In this document: piece after piece, positions 1 to 8,573 of the stretch
How positions within the stretch are numbered: the first letter of the stretch is position 1
How the letters are laid out: each line of letters opens with the position of its first letter
Source: a virus
Lineage: Duplodnaviria > Caudoviricetes
Virus record (IMG/VR): IMGVR_UViG_3300009169_000028
Location: 1 to 53,471 of that record
Reading direction: 5' to 3' (one strand)
DNA length: 53,471 nucleotides
The notes under the pieces: generated by a model
What the model saw: only the letters and a program-made list of their open reading frames with translations
Told to the model about the DNA's origin: nothing
The model's database searches: none
Position numbers and translations under genes: made by a program

Positions 1-478
1 CAATCGCTCCGAGCTGCTGGGCGCCAATGGCCTTCCAGGTTTTTTTCTGGTCGCAGACGGCGAGCATGGCTTCGAGATTTTCTTGTGTGAGAGGGTCAAC
101 AGTTGGCTCGCCCGGGTCCGGCGGTTCGATGGCGCGCACGATGCTGGTTGTGAGAAAGCCTTCGTCAACCGCCCAGCGCCAGAGGGCGGAGAGGTCGGCA
201 TGGATGTTGAGGATGCTTTTGGGTGCGAGCTTGCAGGCCGGCCGGGGGGCAATTCCGCCCGGTATGGCGATGTAGTCCTCTCGGAGCCAGACGAAGAAGT
301 CGATGAGTTGAGTGCGGGTGATGTCGGCGATAGCTGGGTCCGGCGTTTCTTTGTCGACCAGGTAGGTGTGCAGTTTGGCGAAGCTGGTGCGGTAGTTGCG
401 CAGGGTGTAGGGGCTGCGGCCGGCAGCGATCTGGTAGTGGATGAAGCCGGCGATGGCTTGTCTGAGGGTGATGTTCAT
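1..478 (-). CDS. int: Phage integrase (tyrosine recombinase), N-terminal part, runs off the window start
   Basis: Not in the ORF track. Read manually: AAGGAG RBS, ATG at 478, MNITLRQAIAGFIHYQIAAGRSPYTLRNYRTSF...SILNIHADLSALWRWAVDEG...DPLTQENLEAMLAVCDQKKTWK. SAM-like core-binding domain, collinear with the integrase at the window end. Confidence 0.85.
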   Translation of the reverse strand, partial: MNITLRQAIAGFIHYQIAAGRSPYTLRNYRTSFAKLHTYLVDKETPDPAIADITRTQLIDFFVWLREDYIAIPGGIAPRPACKLAPKSILNIHADLSALWRWAVDEGFLTTSIVRAIEPPDPGEPTVDPLTQENLEAMLAVCDQKKTWKAIGAQQLGAI

Positions 479-507
479 CCGTGCTGTCTCCTTGTCGGTG
501 GGCGCTT

Positions 508-527
508 CCGATAATGAGGTCTTTCGG
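508..527 (-). repeat. Degenerate copy of the dispersed dif-like motif upstream of the integrase
   Basis: + strand CCGATAA-TGAGGT-CTTTCGG; one arm matches consensus, the other is variant. Confidence 0.4.
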
Positions 528-651
528 TTCCGAGTATCGGCGGAAGCGTTTTTTTTGACCCGACAGGGAGAATCAAGGTATGATATGTGCGGTCACCGGG
601 GAATGGTGTGTGACCGCACGGGTATGATTTGGGGGATCCGTGTGGATAAGA

Positions 652-698
652 TGGGCGGGGAGGGACTCGAACCCACGACCTCACGGATGTGAACCGTG
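652..698 (-). mobile_element. attP core: 3' half of tRNA-Val(CAC)
   Basis: Reverse complement reads CACGG-TTCACAT-CCGTG (anticodon arm, CAC), AGGTC, GTGGG-TTCGAGT-CCCTC (T arm), CCCGCCCA. No D arm or 5' acceptor strand. Adjacent to the integrase. Confidence 0.8.
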
Positions 699-826
699 GG
701 GACACGTGGGGGTGGGATCTGTGCGCACGGGTGGGCGGATGGGGTAGCCGTGCGTTCATGGTCTCTGTGGAGTCCGTGCGGGCAGTTTGAGGTTAATCTG
801 TCGGGTGTTGGGTTGGTAAGGTGCTT

Positions 827-846
827 CCGAGTAGTTGGGTTATGGG
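827..846 (+). repeat. Dispersed dif-like site 1
   Basis: CCGAGTA-GTTGGG-TTATGGG. Confidence 0.8.
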
Positions 847-855
847 TAGTGAATC

Positions 856-881
856 GGGCGCCGTGAGGCGCCCTTTTCTTT
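856..881 (+). terminator. Intrinsic terminator-like hairpin
   Basis: GGGCGCC-GTGA-GGCGCCC followed by TTTTCTTT. Confidence 0.65.
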
Positions 882-904
882 GTTGTCCGGATAGCGATCC
901 GTTG

Positions 905-1348
905 CTACAAGATGCCCATCCTACTCAACGCAATGGTGGTGAGCACTGACAAGATGAGCGTTACCACTGCCCAAATCAGCTTTGAACGTAGGCTATTACC
1001 AGAACCAAGATCGTCTGTGAGATCTGCCAACCATCTGCCTAGCGGCGACTTTTTAGCATAATCAACATAGTCCTGCGCCCGTTTGGTGATGAACACCTGT
1101 AGGTCATTCCGTGGGCCCACTTCCGCGACTTCAAGATAACCTTTCCGTGCAAGTCCTCGATAGAAGACGTCTTCGCTTGGGACGCCTTTGAGAGTGAACG
1201 CGCCGTTTTCAGCATCCAGACCCAGCATGTCTGAAATGCCCGACGCAACTGCAAGGATGTAGGTGGAGCATCCGTTCTCGCGCCCAGCAGTCACCAATCG
1301 CACCAAAAATTCGCTCTGCTTTGGTGTCAGGTCATCGAATTTACCCAT
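905..1348 (-). CDS. Hypothetical protein with C-terminal transmembrane helix
   Basis: Start MGKFDDLTPKQ after GGAGG; hydrophobic C-terminus LIWAVVTLILSVLTTIAL. Confidence 0.65.
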   Translation of the reverse strand: MGKFDDLTPKQSEFLVRLVTAGRENGCSTYILAVASGISDMLGLDAENGAFTLKGVPSEDVFYRGLARKGYLEVAEVGPRNDLQVFITKRAQDYVDYAKKSPLGRWLADLTDDLGSGNSLRSKLIWAVVTLILSVLTTIALSRMGIL

Positions 1349-1395
1349 TCGCCCTCCAAGCTTGAGCTGCAGGACGCGGAATAGGACATGGCGGT

Positions 1396-3054
1396 TCAGT
1401 CGAATAGGGACGCGGTCTGCGCCGTTTGCTCGCCTGCTTTCGGCGCGCGTTTGAAGGTCGTGGCGCTGGCCGGCATATCCACCTGTGCGCCGGCGAGGAG
1501 CTGCTTCACGGTGAGGATCTGGATGCGGCGGTGACGCGTGCCCCAACCTGGTGAGTCGTAGTAGCCTTCTTTCACGGCTGCCAGCTCCATTTCTTTGGTC
1601 GCCGGCTCCAATGTAATGAACACGCCGATGGCTGCATTCTCAGCCTTCACCGTGCCCACCAGGTCCCGGATCTGGGCGGAGCTGACGTGTCCACTCTTGA
1701 CCTGGACGACGACGCGTTTGCCCTTATGGGTGGCGTCGTCGATGAAGGTGACGGCGCCATCCACCCCCCGATCGCTTCCCTTCTTGCCTGTCTTGCTGCC
1801 CTCATCGCCGCCGAGGGGCTTGGCTTTGATCAGCGAGAGCACCCACCACTGGAACTGGTAGCGATCGTCGGCCGCCAGTTGCTTCGCGCCGGCCAGGTCT
1901 TCGGGCTCGCCGATCACATAGTAGTCCAGGTTGCCGAAGCTGTCTTTGAGTCGGTATTTCAGGAGTGCGATGCTCAGGTGCGTGATGTCAATGCCGATCC
2001 AGCGCCGGTCCAGCTTCTGCGCTGCCGCGATCGCGGTGCCGCAGCCGCAGAAAGGATCCAGGACTACGTCGCCCGGGTTGGAGCTCGCTTGGATGATGCG
2101 TTCCAGGAGGGCAATGGGTTTTTGAGTGGGATAGCCGAGACGCTCTTGAGCCTGCGAGTTGATCGGATTGATGTCAGTCCACACGTTGCCCAACAGTGTC
2201 CCTGCCATTTCGTCCAGGTATCTTTTCAGACGCGGCCGCTTGGACGTATCACTGGGATACCAAATGCGGCCCTCCGCGTCCAACTTCGCCATTGTCTCTT
2301 TCGAGTAGCGCCACCCATTCGGCGGTGAGGCGTGTCCTTTCCATTCGTACATCATATTCGGTCGGGGGTTGGGGCTGGTCATGTTGTCCAAAGTGTACAG
2401 CCGCCCATCCGCATCAGCAGAGCGATACTTGGACTTGAGATGTTCCTCTGAGTGTGGTGCGTAAATCGGATTCCATGTGAAGTTGCCGGCTTTGGAGTAG
2501 AAGAAAATGCTGTCACTGACATTGCTCCAAGTCTTGCTATCGCTATGAACATTCGTGCGTTTCCAGACGACTTCGGTTCGAAAATTCTGCGGTCCGAAGA
2601 TAGTATCCATCACGATTTTTAGGTAATGGCTCGCCGTTGGGTCGCAGTGTAGGTATAGGCTCCCGGTCGGCTTCAGCACCCGATGCAACTCTACGAGCCG
2701 GGCGGCCATCATCACGAGGTAGGCCATCATTTGATTCTCGCCGATGGTGGCGCGCAACGCCTCGATCATCCGCCCCACTCGCCCATTGATGTCCGTGACT
2801 AGCTCGTCATACAACGCCTCGGCCGAGTCCCCCCAGTGCCAGGTGTCGTCAAAGGCGACTATCTGTGACTGGGCATCCTTGCCGCCCTCATCCTTGAAGA
2901 GCACGTTGTAGCTGCGGTTCGAGTTGAACGGCGGATCAAGGTAGATCAGGTCAACGCTTTCATTGGGGATGTGTTCCCGCAGGATGGGCAGGTTGTCGCC
3001 GTAGAACAGGGTGTTCGTCGTGAGTAGTTTAGATGTCATGAGTTCAGAGCCCAT
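1396..3054 (-). CDS. N4/N6 DNA methyltransferase (beta class) with C-terminal Mrr-like endonuclease domain
   Basis: LFYGDNL, DLIYLDPPF, YPTQKP, VLDPFCGCGT motifs; C-terminal DRGVDG...VQVKSG; exact start uncertain (3039/3054). Confidence 0.9.
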   Translation of the reverse strand: MGSELMTSKLLTTNTLFYGDNLPILREHIPNESVDLIYLDPPFNSNRSYNVLFKDEGGKDAQSQIVAFDDTWHWGDSAEALYDELVTDINGRVGRMIEALRATIGENQMMAYLVMMAARLVELHRVLKPTGSLYLHCDPTASHYLKIVMDTIFGPQNFRTEVVWKRTNVHSDSKTWSNVSDSIFFYSKAGNFTWNPIYAPHSEEHLKSKYRSADADGRLYTLDNMTSPNPRPNMMYEWKGHASPPNGWRYSKETMAKLDAEGRIWYPSDTSKRPRLKRYLDEMAGTLLGNVWTDINPINSQAQERLGYPTQKPIALLERIIQASSNPGDVVLDPFCGCGTAIAAAQKLDRRWIGIDITHLSIALLKYRLKDSFGNLDYYVIGEPEDLAGAKQLAADDRYQFQWWVLSLIKAKPLGGDEGSKTGKKGSDRGVDGAVTFIDDATHKGKRVVVQVKSGHVSSAQIRDLVGTVKAENAAIGVFITLEPATKEMELAAVKEGYYDSPGWGTRHRRIQILTVKQLLAGAQVDMPASATTFKRAPKAGEQTAQTASLFD

Positions 3055-3068
3055 CACCGCAGTTGCTG

Positions 3069-3088
3069 CCGAGTACATGAGTTATAGG
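3069..3088 (+). repeat. Dispersed dif-like site 2
   Basis: CCGAGTA-CATGAG-TTATAGG. Confidence 0.8.
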
Positions 3089-3096
3089 TAACGATT

Positions 3097-3120
3097 AGGT
3101 CGCCGTGAGGCGGCCTTTTT
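3097..3120 (+). terminator. Intrinsic terminator-like hairpin related to 856..881
   Basis: AGGTCGCC-GTGA-GGCGGCCT followed by TTTT. Confidence 0.6.
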
Positions 3121-3126
3121 GTTGGA

Positions 3127-4170
3127 TCATTCCCGCCATTCGCAGGCTAAGCCATCACTGTCCCGGTCGAGACCATGGATGTCCTGGCCAGTGATCTCTT
3201 TGCAACGGAGGTAACACGCCTGCGCATCCCAGTCAGTGAGGTCGTCGCAGTTGAGGGTGTTGCCAGAGCAATCGCACGTCGAGGCGCTGGCTGCTGGTTT
3301 GCCACGCACCGGCACGGCCGCGGCCGGGGTGGGTTGGCTGACGGTGACGATGGGGACGGCGGCCGGCGGGTTGGAGACGAGGAAGGCGGCGATCCAGGCG
3401 CCGCCGGCGAGCTGATACCAGTCGCTGGCCTGATTGCGGCCCACGATGTCGAGGCCCTGGCCGACTGCGGCGCTGCCGGTCTTGGGGTAGTTGGTGCCAG
3501 GTCCGGAGCGCAGGTTGGCGGCGGTTTTGACGGTGGCGCCTTTCGGCGAGCTCGAGGTCTCAGCGGGAGCCGATGCTGCGGGTGTGCCGGCGGTGATCTG
3601 ATTGATCAGAGTTGTGGCGCGCTGAACGGCGGCATTGCCCTTGCTCAATTCCTCGATGGCCTGGTTGAGCTTTGCGCTGCTAAGCTCGTCTACGCCGGCG
3701 GCGTATAGGTCGCAGGTGTTCTCAAAGTAGCCGGCGGCGGTGAGCATTTCGGAGTGCACGGCAGCGTAGCGCGGGGGCGCGGCAAGATCACGGATGTTCT
3801 GGCAGGCGATCTTGATGGCCGCCAGGTGGGTGGCAGCCTTAATCTTCCAGGCATCGTCAAGGATCAATGACGGGTTGTCGCCGACGGCGCCGGAATCGTC
3901 GCTGATGTCAGATAGGGCTTGGCCCAGGTTTGTGCTGATCTCTCCCATGCTGAGCAGGTAGGCGGACTCTGCGGCAGAGACTCCCTCGGTAGGCTGTGAC
4001 TTTGGGGGGGCGAAAGTCGCACTGGCGACGGCCGTCTTTTGCACCGGGGGCAGATCGGTCGAGGTGGGCGGCGCGGTGGTGCGGGTGGCGGAACTGCCAC
4101 TGCCGCATGCGACGATGGCCAGAAACAGCACACACATAGCGATAATGACGGGAACGGTCTTCGTTGACAT
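3127..4170 (-). CDS. Lipoprotein with bacterial SH3 domain and Excalibur Ca-binding domain
   Basis: Lipobox LAIVAC; ANLRSGPGTNY...IVGRN..DWYQL (SH3b); CDC..NC...LDRDSDGLACE (Excalibur). Confidence 0.8.
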   Translation of the reverse strand: MSTKTVPVIIAMCVLFLAIVACGSGSSATRTTAPPTSTDLPPVQKTAVASATFAPPKSQPTEGVSAAESAYLLSMGEISTNLGQALSDISDDSGAVGDNPSLILDDAWKIKAATHLAAIKIACQNIRDLAAPPRYAAVHSEMLTAAGYFENTCDLYAAGVDELSSAKLNQAIEELSKGNAAVQRATTLINQITAGTPAASAPAETSSSPKGATVKTAANLRSGPGTNYPKTGSAAVGQGLDIVGRNQASDWYQLAGGAWIAAFLVSNPPAAVPIVTVSQPTPAAAVPVRGKPAASASTCDCSGNTLNCDDLTDWDAQACYLRCKEITGQDIHGLDRDSDGLACEWRE

Positions 4171-4301
4171 CCGCTCACTGCTCCAAACCCAACTTCCCGG
4201 GGTGGGCCCGGGGAAGCGATGCACCCCCCAATGAGTACGCCCGACCAGTGGGGGGACCGGCAAAGCCAAAGTTATTACGGATCGCCGCTCGGTGAGGTCA
4301 A

Positions 4302-4571
4302 TCAGTCGCCCAGCACGTGGGCGATGTAGTCTTCACGCGACATGGGACATTCGATGAGGAACTGCAACTGCCGTCGACTGACATTCAACTGGCGGGCGAT
4401 GCGGCTGGCCAAGCTGTCGTCAATCTCGGCATAGGAGCGGGACAGGAATGTGATGGCCACCCTCTGCCCCTCATGCCGGACGACGTATTGTGTATGCTTG
4501 CCGCCTTCGCTTACTTCGGCGGCCAGCTTACCACAAAGCATTTTGTCCAGCGCGACTACTTTGACGGGCAT
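4302..4571 (-). CDS. HicA-like toxin
   Basis: 89 aa; GGKH motif followed by beta strands and a helix (DDSLASRIARQL); downstream of a HicB-like gene. Confidence 0.6.
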   Translation of the reverse strand: MPVKVVALDKMLCGKLAAEVSEGGKHTQYVVRHEGQRVAITFLSRSYAEIDDSLASRIARQLNVSRRQLQFLIECPMSREDYIAHVLGD

Positions 4572-4954
4572 GGTATGATGAGCTGCTGCAGGGCTGCGAA
4601 TTGGCGTTGGAGCGGCCTAGCCAGTGATGCCGGGTCGCTGGCCAGTTCTTGATACACCATCACGAGGATTTCCGCCAGGTCGGCCAGGGCGCGCTGGGGC
4701 GAAGATCCCAAGCCGAACCAGAGATCTTCCCGCTCGGCAGTGGCGACGTAGGCGCCGGTTTCCGGCGACCAGGCGACATGAACCACCAACGGCCGCCGCA
4801 GTTTGAGATCGGCCGCGGGCAGTTGATCTAGTGGCAGGACGCCTTGACTGCCTATCATGAAAGTTGCCTCCAGTGGCGCGGCCCGTCCGACCATGACAGC
4901 GACGTGGCGGGTGGGCTGCGAGGCAGGATACCATCCGTAGGTCTGCGGGATCAT
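4556..4954 (-). CDS. HicB-like antitoxin
   Basis: GAYVAT...FGLGSSPQRALADLAEIL matches the HicB N-terminal fold pattern. Confidence 0.55.
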   Translation of the reverse strand: MIPQTYGWYPASQPTRHVAVMVGRAAPLEATFMIGSQGVLPLDQLPAADLKLRRPLVVHVAWSPETGAYVATAEREDLWFGLGSSPQRALADLAEILVMVYQELASDPASLARPLQRQFAALQQLIIPCPSK

Positions 4955-5268
4955 ACAGTGTCATCCGATCCGGTAAGACTATGCCCGGTAAGCTCAACGT
5001 ACTTGCGCATGGCCTCAGTTAGCGCGCGTACGAGGCCCGGCATGAGTGCGGCCGGCACCGAGACGCCGGCCGCCAGGCGAGCCCGCACCTCGGTGGGCGG
5101 TTCGTTGGCATCGCTGACGATCGGCGGCACGATTTGAAAGAACCGCAGATAGAGATTGTGCTCGTCATTCGTGATCCACACCGATTGGGCCAGCGGGAAG
5201 GCGCAGTCGCCATCCGGATCGAGCTTGAGAGCCACGCGCACTTGGCCGGGGCGCAGTTCATCGTCCAT
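4951..5268 (-). CDS. DUF3467-like protein
   Basis: AQSVWITNDEHNLYLRFFQIVPP...ARLAAGVSVPAALMPGLVRALTEAMRKY; translationally coupled to the HicB-like gene. Confidence 0.5.
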   Translation of the reverse strand: MDDELRPGQVRVALKLDPDGDCAFPLAQSVWITNDEHNLYLRFFQIVPPIVSDANEPPTEVRARLAAGVSVPAALMPGLVRALTEAMRKYVELTGHSLTGSDDTV

Positions 5269-5552
5269 AGTGTATACCCTCTTATCAATTGGTTGGTATC
5301 AGGCTGTGTATCGCAGGCAGGATCATGGCGCCCACGGCTGGCGTGAGCTTCCTTGCCTCCGCGGGTTGGGATAATCTTGGGGATACTACCCCTTGACGAC
5401 TGCGATATGTTCCTCTACAATTGGCGAACGCCCGTTCTATTGCATGAAGGCCAGACAGATGCCGAAGAAGAAACGCTACCCCAGCACCTTCGACCAGATC
5501 CGTCAGCTCCCGCCGGCGCAGCGCCGCTCGGTGTGGGCCGCGATGCGCGCAC

Positions 5553-5933
5553 TTATGCGGGCGTTGAGTTACGCCCCTCAATCGCCGCCAGAGTCATCTC
5601 CATCGCCCGCACCGTCAACGCCCGCTGACCCGCCTCCATCCCCCTGAGCCGGTCACTCCACGCGCGCACTTCCGGCAGTGGATCGCCCGCGCCCAGCTCC
5701 GGCGCCGGATCGTCCACCTCGCCGATCAGGTAGGCTACGGTTGTGCCAAGCGCGTGAGCGATGGCCTCCGCAACATCAAGCGTAGGCGAACCTTCACTTT
5801 TATTGTTGATGATTTCTGATAATGTGCTTGGCGATAAAGAAGGGCGAAACCGTTTAGCTTGAACGTGCAACTGTCCAAACGTCCAATTCTTCTTTTCTCG
5901 CAAGCAATCTACTCTGTCCCCCTGAATCCTCAT
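5553..5933 (-). CDS. XRE-family CI-like repressor
   Basis: LREKKNWT...LSPSTLSEIINN...PTLDVAEAIAHALGTTVAYLIG; divergent from a Cro-like gene. Confidence 0.85.
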   Translation of the reverse strand: MRIQGDRVDCLREKKNWTFGQLHVQAKRFRPSLSPSTLSEIINNKSEGSPTLDVAEAIAHALGTTVAYLIGEVDDPAPELGAGDPLPEVRAWSDRLRGMEAGQRALTVRAMEMTLAAIEGRNSTPA

Positions 5934-6130
5934 AGCTTCCTACTATATCGCAAATCGAACAACACACAATAGTTTTTCGTTTATTTCGTACCCCAACATA
6001 TCGAACAATCACACGATAGATCGTAAAATCTAACTCCGAATATGATGCAGATCATATTCGATTGTTTCGATAAATCGTATAGTACGAACAGGATTTACGA
6101 TTTATCGAAACAAGAGCAGGAGAGACACGC
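5934..6130. promoter_or_regulatory. Lysis/lysogeny switch region with operator repeats
   Basis: AT-rich divergent intergenic region; perfect 18-bp inverted repeat TTGTTTCGATAAATCGTA (6062..6079) / TACGATTTATCGAAACAA (6096..6113); additional TCGA/TCGT half-sites. Confidence 0.7.
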
Positions 6131-6343
6131 ATGACCGAACGGGAGCGCCTGGAACAGTTCATGGCCGAGAAGGGCTGGTCTTACAGCGACCTGGCCCACC
6201 GCCTCAAATGGTCGCCGACGTTCATCTTCGGCTTCCTCAGCGGCGCCTGGCCGGCGACGGAGCCGTTCCGCCAGCGGTTCGCCGAAGTCTTCGGCGCTGC
6301 AGCAGCGGCGCAGGTACTCGGTACTGAGGGGCAGCCCGCATGA
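6131..6343 (+). CDS. Cro-like HTH protein
   Basis: 70 aa, KGWSYSDLAHRLKWSPTFI; AGGAG RBS; first gene of the rightward operon. Confidence 0.75.
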   Translation: MTERERLEQFMAEKGWSYSDLAHRLKWSPTFIFGFLSGAWPATEPFRQRFAEVFGAAAAAQVLGTEGQPA

Positions 6344-6540
6344 ACGCTACCGACACCCCAAACATGACCTACACATTGCCCTTGGGTACGCATGTCACCC
6401 TCCATCCGGAACAGGCTGACGTGATCAGTGCTTTGCGAGCCGAGAATGCGACGTTGCGCCAGACGCTGATCGATGTGACCGGCCAGCGCGACGAGTTGCG
6501 CCAGCAGCTCGACCAGGCGCTGCGGGAGCGTGCCGCATGA
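6340..6540 (+). CDS. Small coiled-coil hypothetical protein
   Basis: ATGA overlaps on both sides; heptad pattern. Confidence 0.6.
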   Translation: MNATDTPNMTYTLPLGTHVTLHPEQADVISALRAENATLRQTLIDVTGQRDELRQQLDQALRERAA

Positions 6541-7037
6541 CCGCCTTTGCTGCAAGTGGCTGGGGCCTCCGCCGCTGGTTCCAGCTCTCCGGGTTCACCC
6601 GCTCGCGCGGGACGGATGCGTTCTGGTGTCGGGTGGAAAAGCGCCTCGACGCGGCGGCGTGCTGGCCGTGGAGCGGAGGGCAATCGGGTACGGGATACGG
6701 GTATCTGTATTGGCGGGGGCGCCGGCAGTATGCGCACCGGGTGGCGTGGGAGCTGGCCAACGGACAGCCGATTCCGCCGGGCATGTTGGTGCGCCATCAC
6801 TGCGACAACCCGCTGTGCTGCCGACCGAGTCATCTGGCGCTGGGACGGCATCGGGACAATATGCGGGACATGGCGCTACGCGGGCGGCGGGCCAGCTATC
6901 GGCTGTCGCCGGCTGCGGTGGTGATGATCCGCCAGAGCGATCGGCCATCGGCGCATTTGGCGGCGGAGTTGGGTGTGTCGCCGACGGCGATCCAGATGGT
7001 GCGGCGGCAGGAAGTCTATCGCAACGTGGAGGCATGA
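6537..7037 (+). CDS. HNH endonuclease with C-terminal HTH
   Basis: CWPWSG..YG....AHRVAWELANG.IPPGMLVRHHCDNPLCCRPSHL. Confidence 0.85.
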   Translation: MTAFAASGWGLRRWFQLSGFTRSRGTDAFWCRVEKRLDAAACWPWSGGQSGTGYGYLYWRGRRQYAHRVAWELANGQPIPPGMLVRHHCDNPLCCRPSHLALGRHRDNMRDMALRGRRASYRLSPAAVVMIRQSDRPSAHLAAELGVSPTAIQMVRRQEVYRNVEA

Positions 7038-7378
7038 TGAAGACACACATCGGGTCTGATCGGTGGGGGCGGCGTGAGCGCCTGATTGCGGTGATCATTA
7101 TCGGCTGCCTGATTTTGCTCGCCCTGGTGCTGACGGACCGGGCCGACGCCAGCCAGCTCGCGGGGAATAAGGGGGGCTGCGGGACCGGCAACATGATCAC
7201 GCTGTCATGCAATGTGTCGGACGCCGGACAGGGGTTCGTGTCCGGCAAGTGCGAGTATGGACACTGGTTCAGCCGGGTGAGCACGGCCAGGGTATTCACT
7301 ATTGGACAGGTCGTCACGGCCCGCGGCTGCGAGGGGCTGAATGGCGAGTTGTACGCACCTATCAGGATTTCGAAATGA
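7034..7378 (+). CDS. Secreted or membrane-anchored hypothetical protein
   Basis: Start MMKTHIG overlapping previous stop; hydrophobic N-terminal segment; Cys-containing domain. Confidence 0.55.
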   Translation: MMKTHIGSDRWGRRERLIAVIIIGCLILLALVLTDRADASQLAGNKGGCGTGNMITLSCNVSDAGQGFVSGKCEYGHWFSRVSTARVFTIGQVVTARGCEGLNGELYAPIRISK

Positions 7379-7731
7379 CACCCAGCAAACTGCAGGCTGT
7401 TGCTGCCGGAATGCGCACGAGTGTAGCCCAGCATGACACAGGCTGGACGGCCGCCACGCTGCCGGGCGGGCTGGAGCTGGTGCTCTCCCGCCAGGCCGGC
7501 GACACGTGGCGGCTGGCGCTGCGCCGGGAGCGGGTCTATCCGTCGGACACCGAGGCGAGCATTCTGGCTGAGGTGTTCGGCGTGCCGGAGGGACTCGAAA
7601 CCGCCCGGCGGCGCTCCTGGCTGGATACGCATCCGAAGAGCGCGCGGCAGGTGCGCTGGTGCGTGGTCGAGTTTGTCTGGCGCGAGGTTCCGGAGCACGC
7701 ACCGGCCGCGGTCGCGGCCACTGGGGTCTGA
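7375..7731 (+). CDS. Hypothetical protein
   Basis: ATGA-coupled start MTPSKLQ. Confidence 0.55.
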   Translation: MTPSKLQAVAAGMRTSVAQHDTGWTAATLPGGLELVLSRQAGDTWRLALRRERVYPSDTEASILAEVFGVPEGLETARRRSWLDTHPKSARQVRWCVVEFVWREVPEHAPAAVAATGV

Positions 7732-7949
7732 TCGTCCGGCGCGAGGCCGGACTGATGCCTGCACACACTAGGCTCGAATCGGGTGAAATGCTCACTAGCG
7801 GCGGGCAGGCTATCAGCCCGGGCTCGGACCGGGGGATCGGTGTTGTGGCGGTCTGCGGCACCTCCTAGCGGGGACGCTGGGGGGGATGGTCCCTTGCTGA
7901 CAGGATCGCATGAGTCGGCGCCAGGCGCCAGGAAGGGGAGGCAAGCGGG

Positions 7950-8294
7950 ATGGAACCGGGAATGGCTGTTCTGTTTCGGGTTTTGATCGCGCTGCCGGTG
8001 CTGAGCCTGGCGGCCGTGGGTTACAACTGGCTGATTGCGCATTACGGCAAGCACGGTTATCTGGACGGGTATATGGCGCTCGCCGTGGCGGTGGGGTGCG
8101 CGGGGGTGCTGCTGGTGGCACTGTGGGTCGTGTGGCCGCTGGGGCCGGCGGCTCGGCTGGCGGTGGCGATTATAGCCGGGCTGTTCGTGCCGGCGGGTGT
8201 GGTGATGATCATCGGTTCGATCGGGCGGCACGTGAAGGCCCGGGCGCAGGAGCGGAGCCGGATGGAAGCTGAGGCGCTGAGGTCGGTGCAGTGA
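7950..8294 (+). CDS. Membrane protein (3 TM)
   Basis: Three hydrophobic segments. Confidence 0.65.
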   Translation: MEPGMAVLFRVLIALPVLSLAAVGYNWLIAHYGKHGYLDGYMALAVAVGCAGVLLVALWVVWPLGPAARLAVAIIAGLFVPAGVVMIIGSIGRHVKARAQERSRMEAEALRSVQ

Positions 8295-8518
8295 GCACGG
8301 CGAAGCGGATCGGAGGCTATGTCTATCGACAAGAGGTGGCCCGGGTGCGCGCGGCGACGTCGTCGGCTCGGGGCTATGTGGAGCGCATTCTATCCGAGAA
8401 GCCAGGTCCGGCCTTGACAGCCTTGTACCTGGCGCATGTCGGCCTCGAGCTGGGGGTGATCAGCGAGGCGACTGCCGTTCTGGATGAGATCGGACGGGGA
8501 GCGGCGGCCTCGCAATGA
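8291..8518 (+). CDS. Hypothetical protein
   Basis: GTGA-coupled ORF, 75 aa. Confidence 0.5.
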   Translation: MSTAKRIGGYVYRQEVARVRAATSSARGYVERILSEKPGPALTALYLAHVGLELGVISEATAVLDEIGRGAAASQ

Positions 8519-8533
8519 CAGGGTGACCGGGTT

Positions 8534-8553
8534 CCTATAATGGGGATACCCGG
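8534..8553 (-). repeat. Dispersed dif-like site 3 (upstream of recombinase)
   Basis: + strand CCTATAA-TGGGGA-TACCCGG. Confidence 0.8.
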
Positions 8554-8573
8554 AAACAAGGGGGGGACTCATC

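Noticed and set aside
652-730. Complete tRNA-Val gene
   Set aside because: No D arm or 5' acceptor strand upstream of the anticodon stem; only the 3' half is present
827-3120. Integron attC sites (GTTAT.. next to hairpins)
   Set aside because: No RYYYAAC...GTTRRRY pair enclosing a long imperfect hairpin, and no obvious IntI-specific insertion in the recombinase
5934-6130. Dispersed motif as CI operator or stoperator
   Set aside because: The motif is absent from the CI/Cro intergenic region, which has its own different inverted repeat, and site orientation is mixed relative to transcription; disfavoured but not excluded
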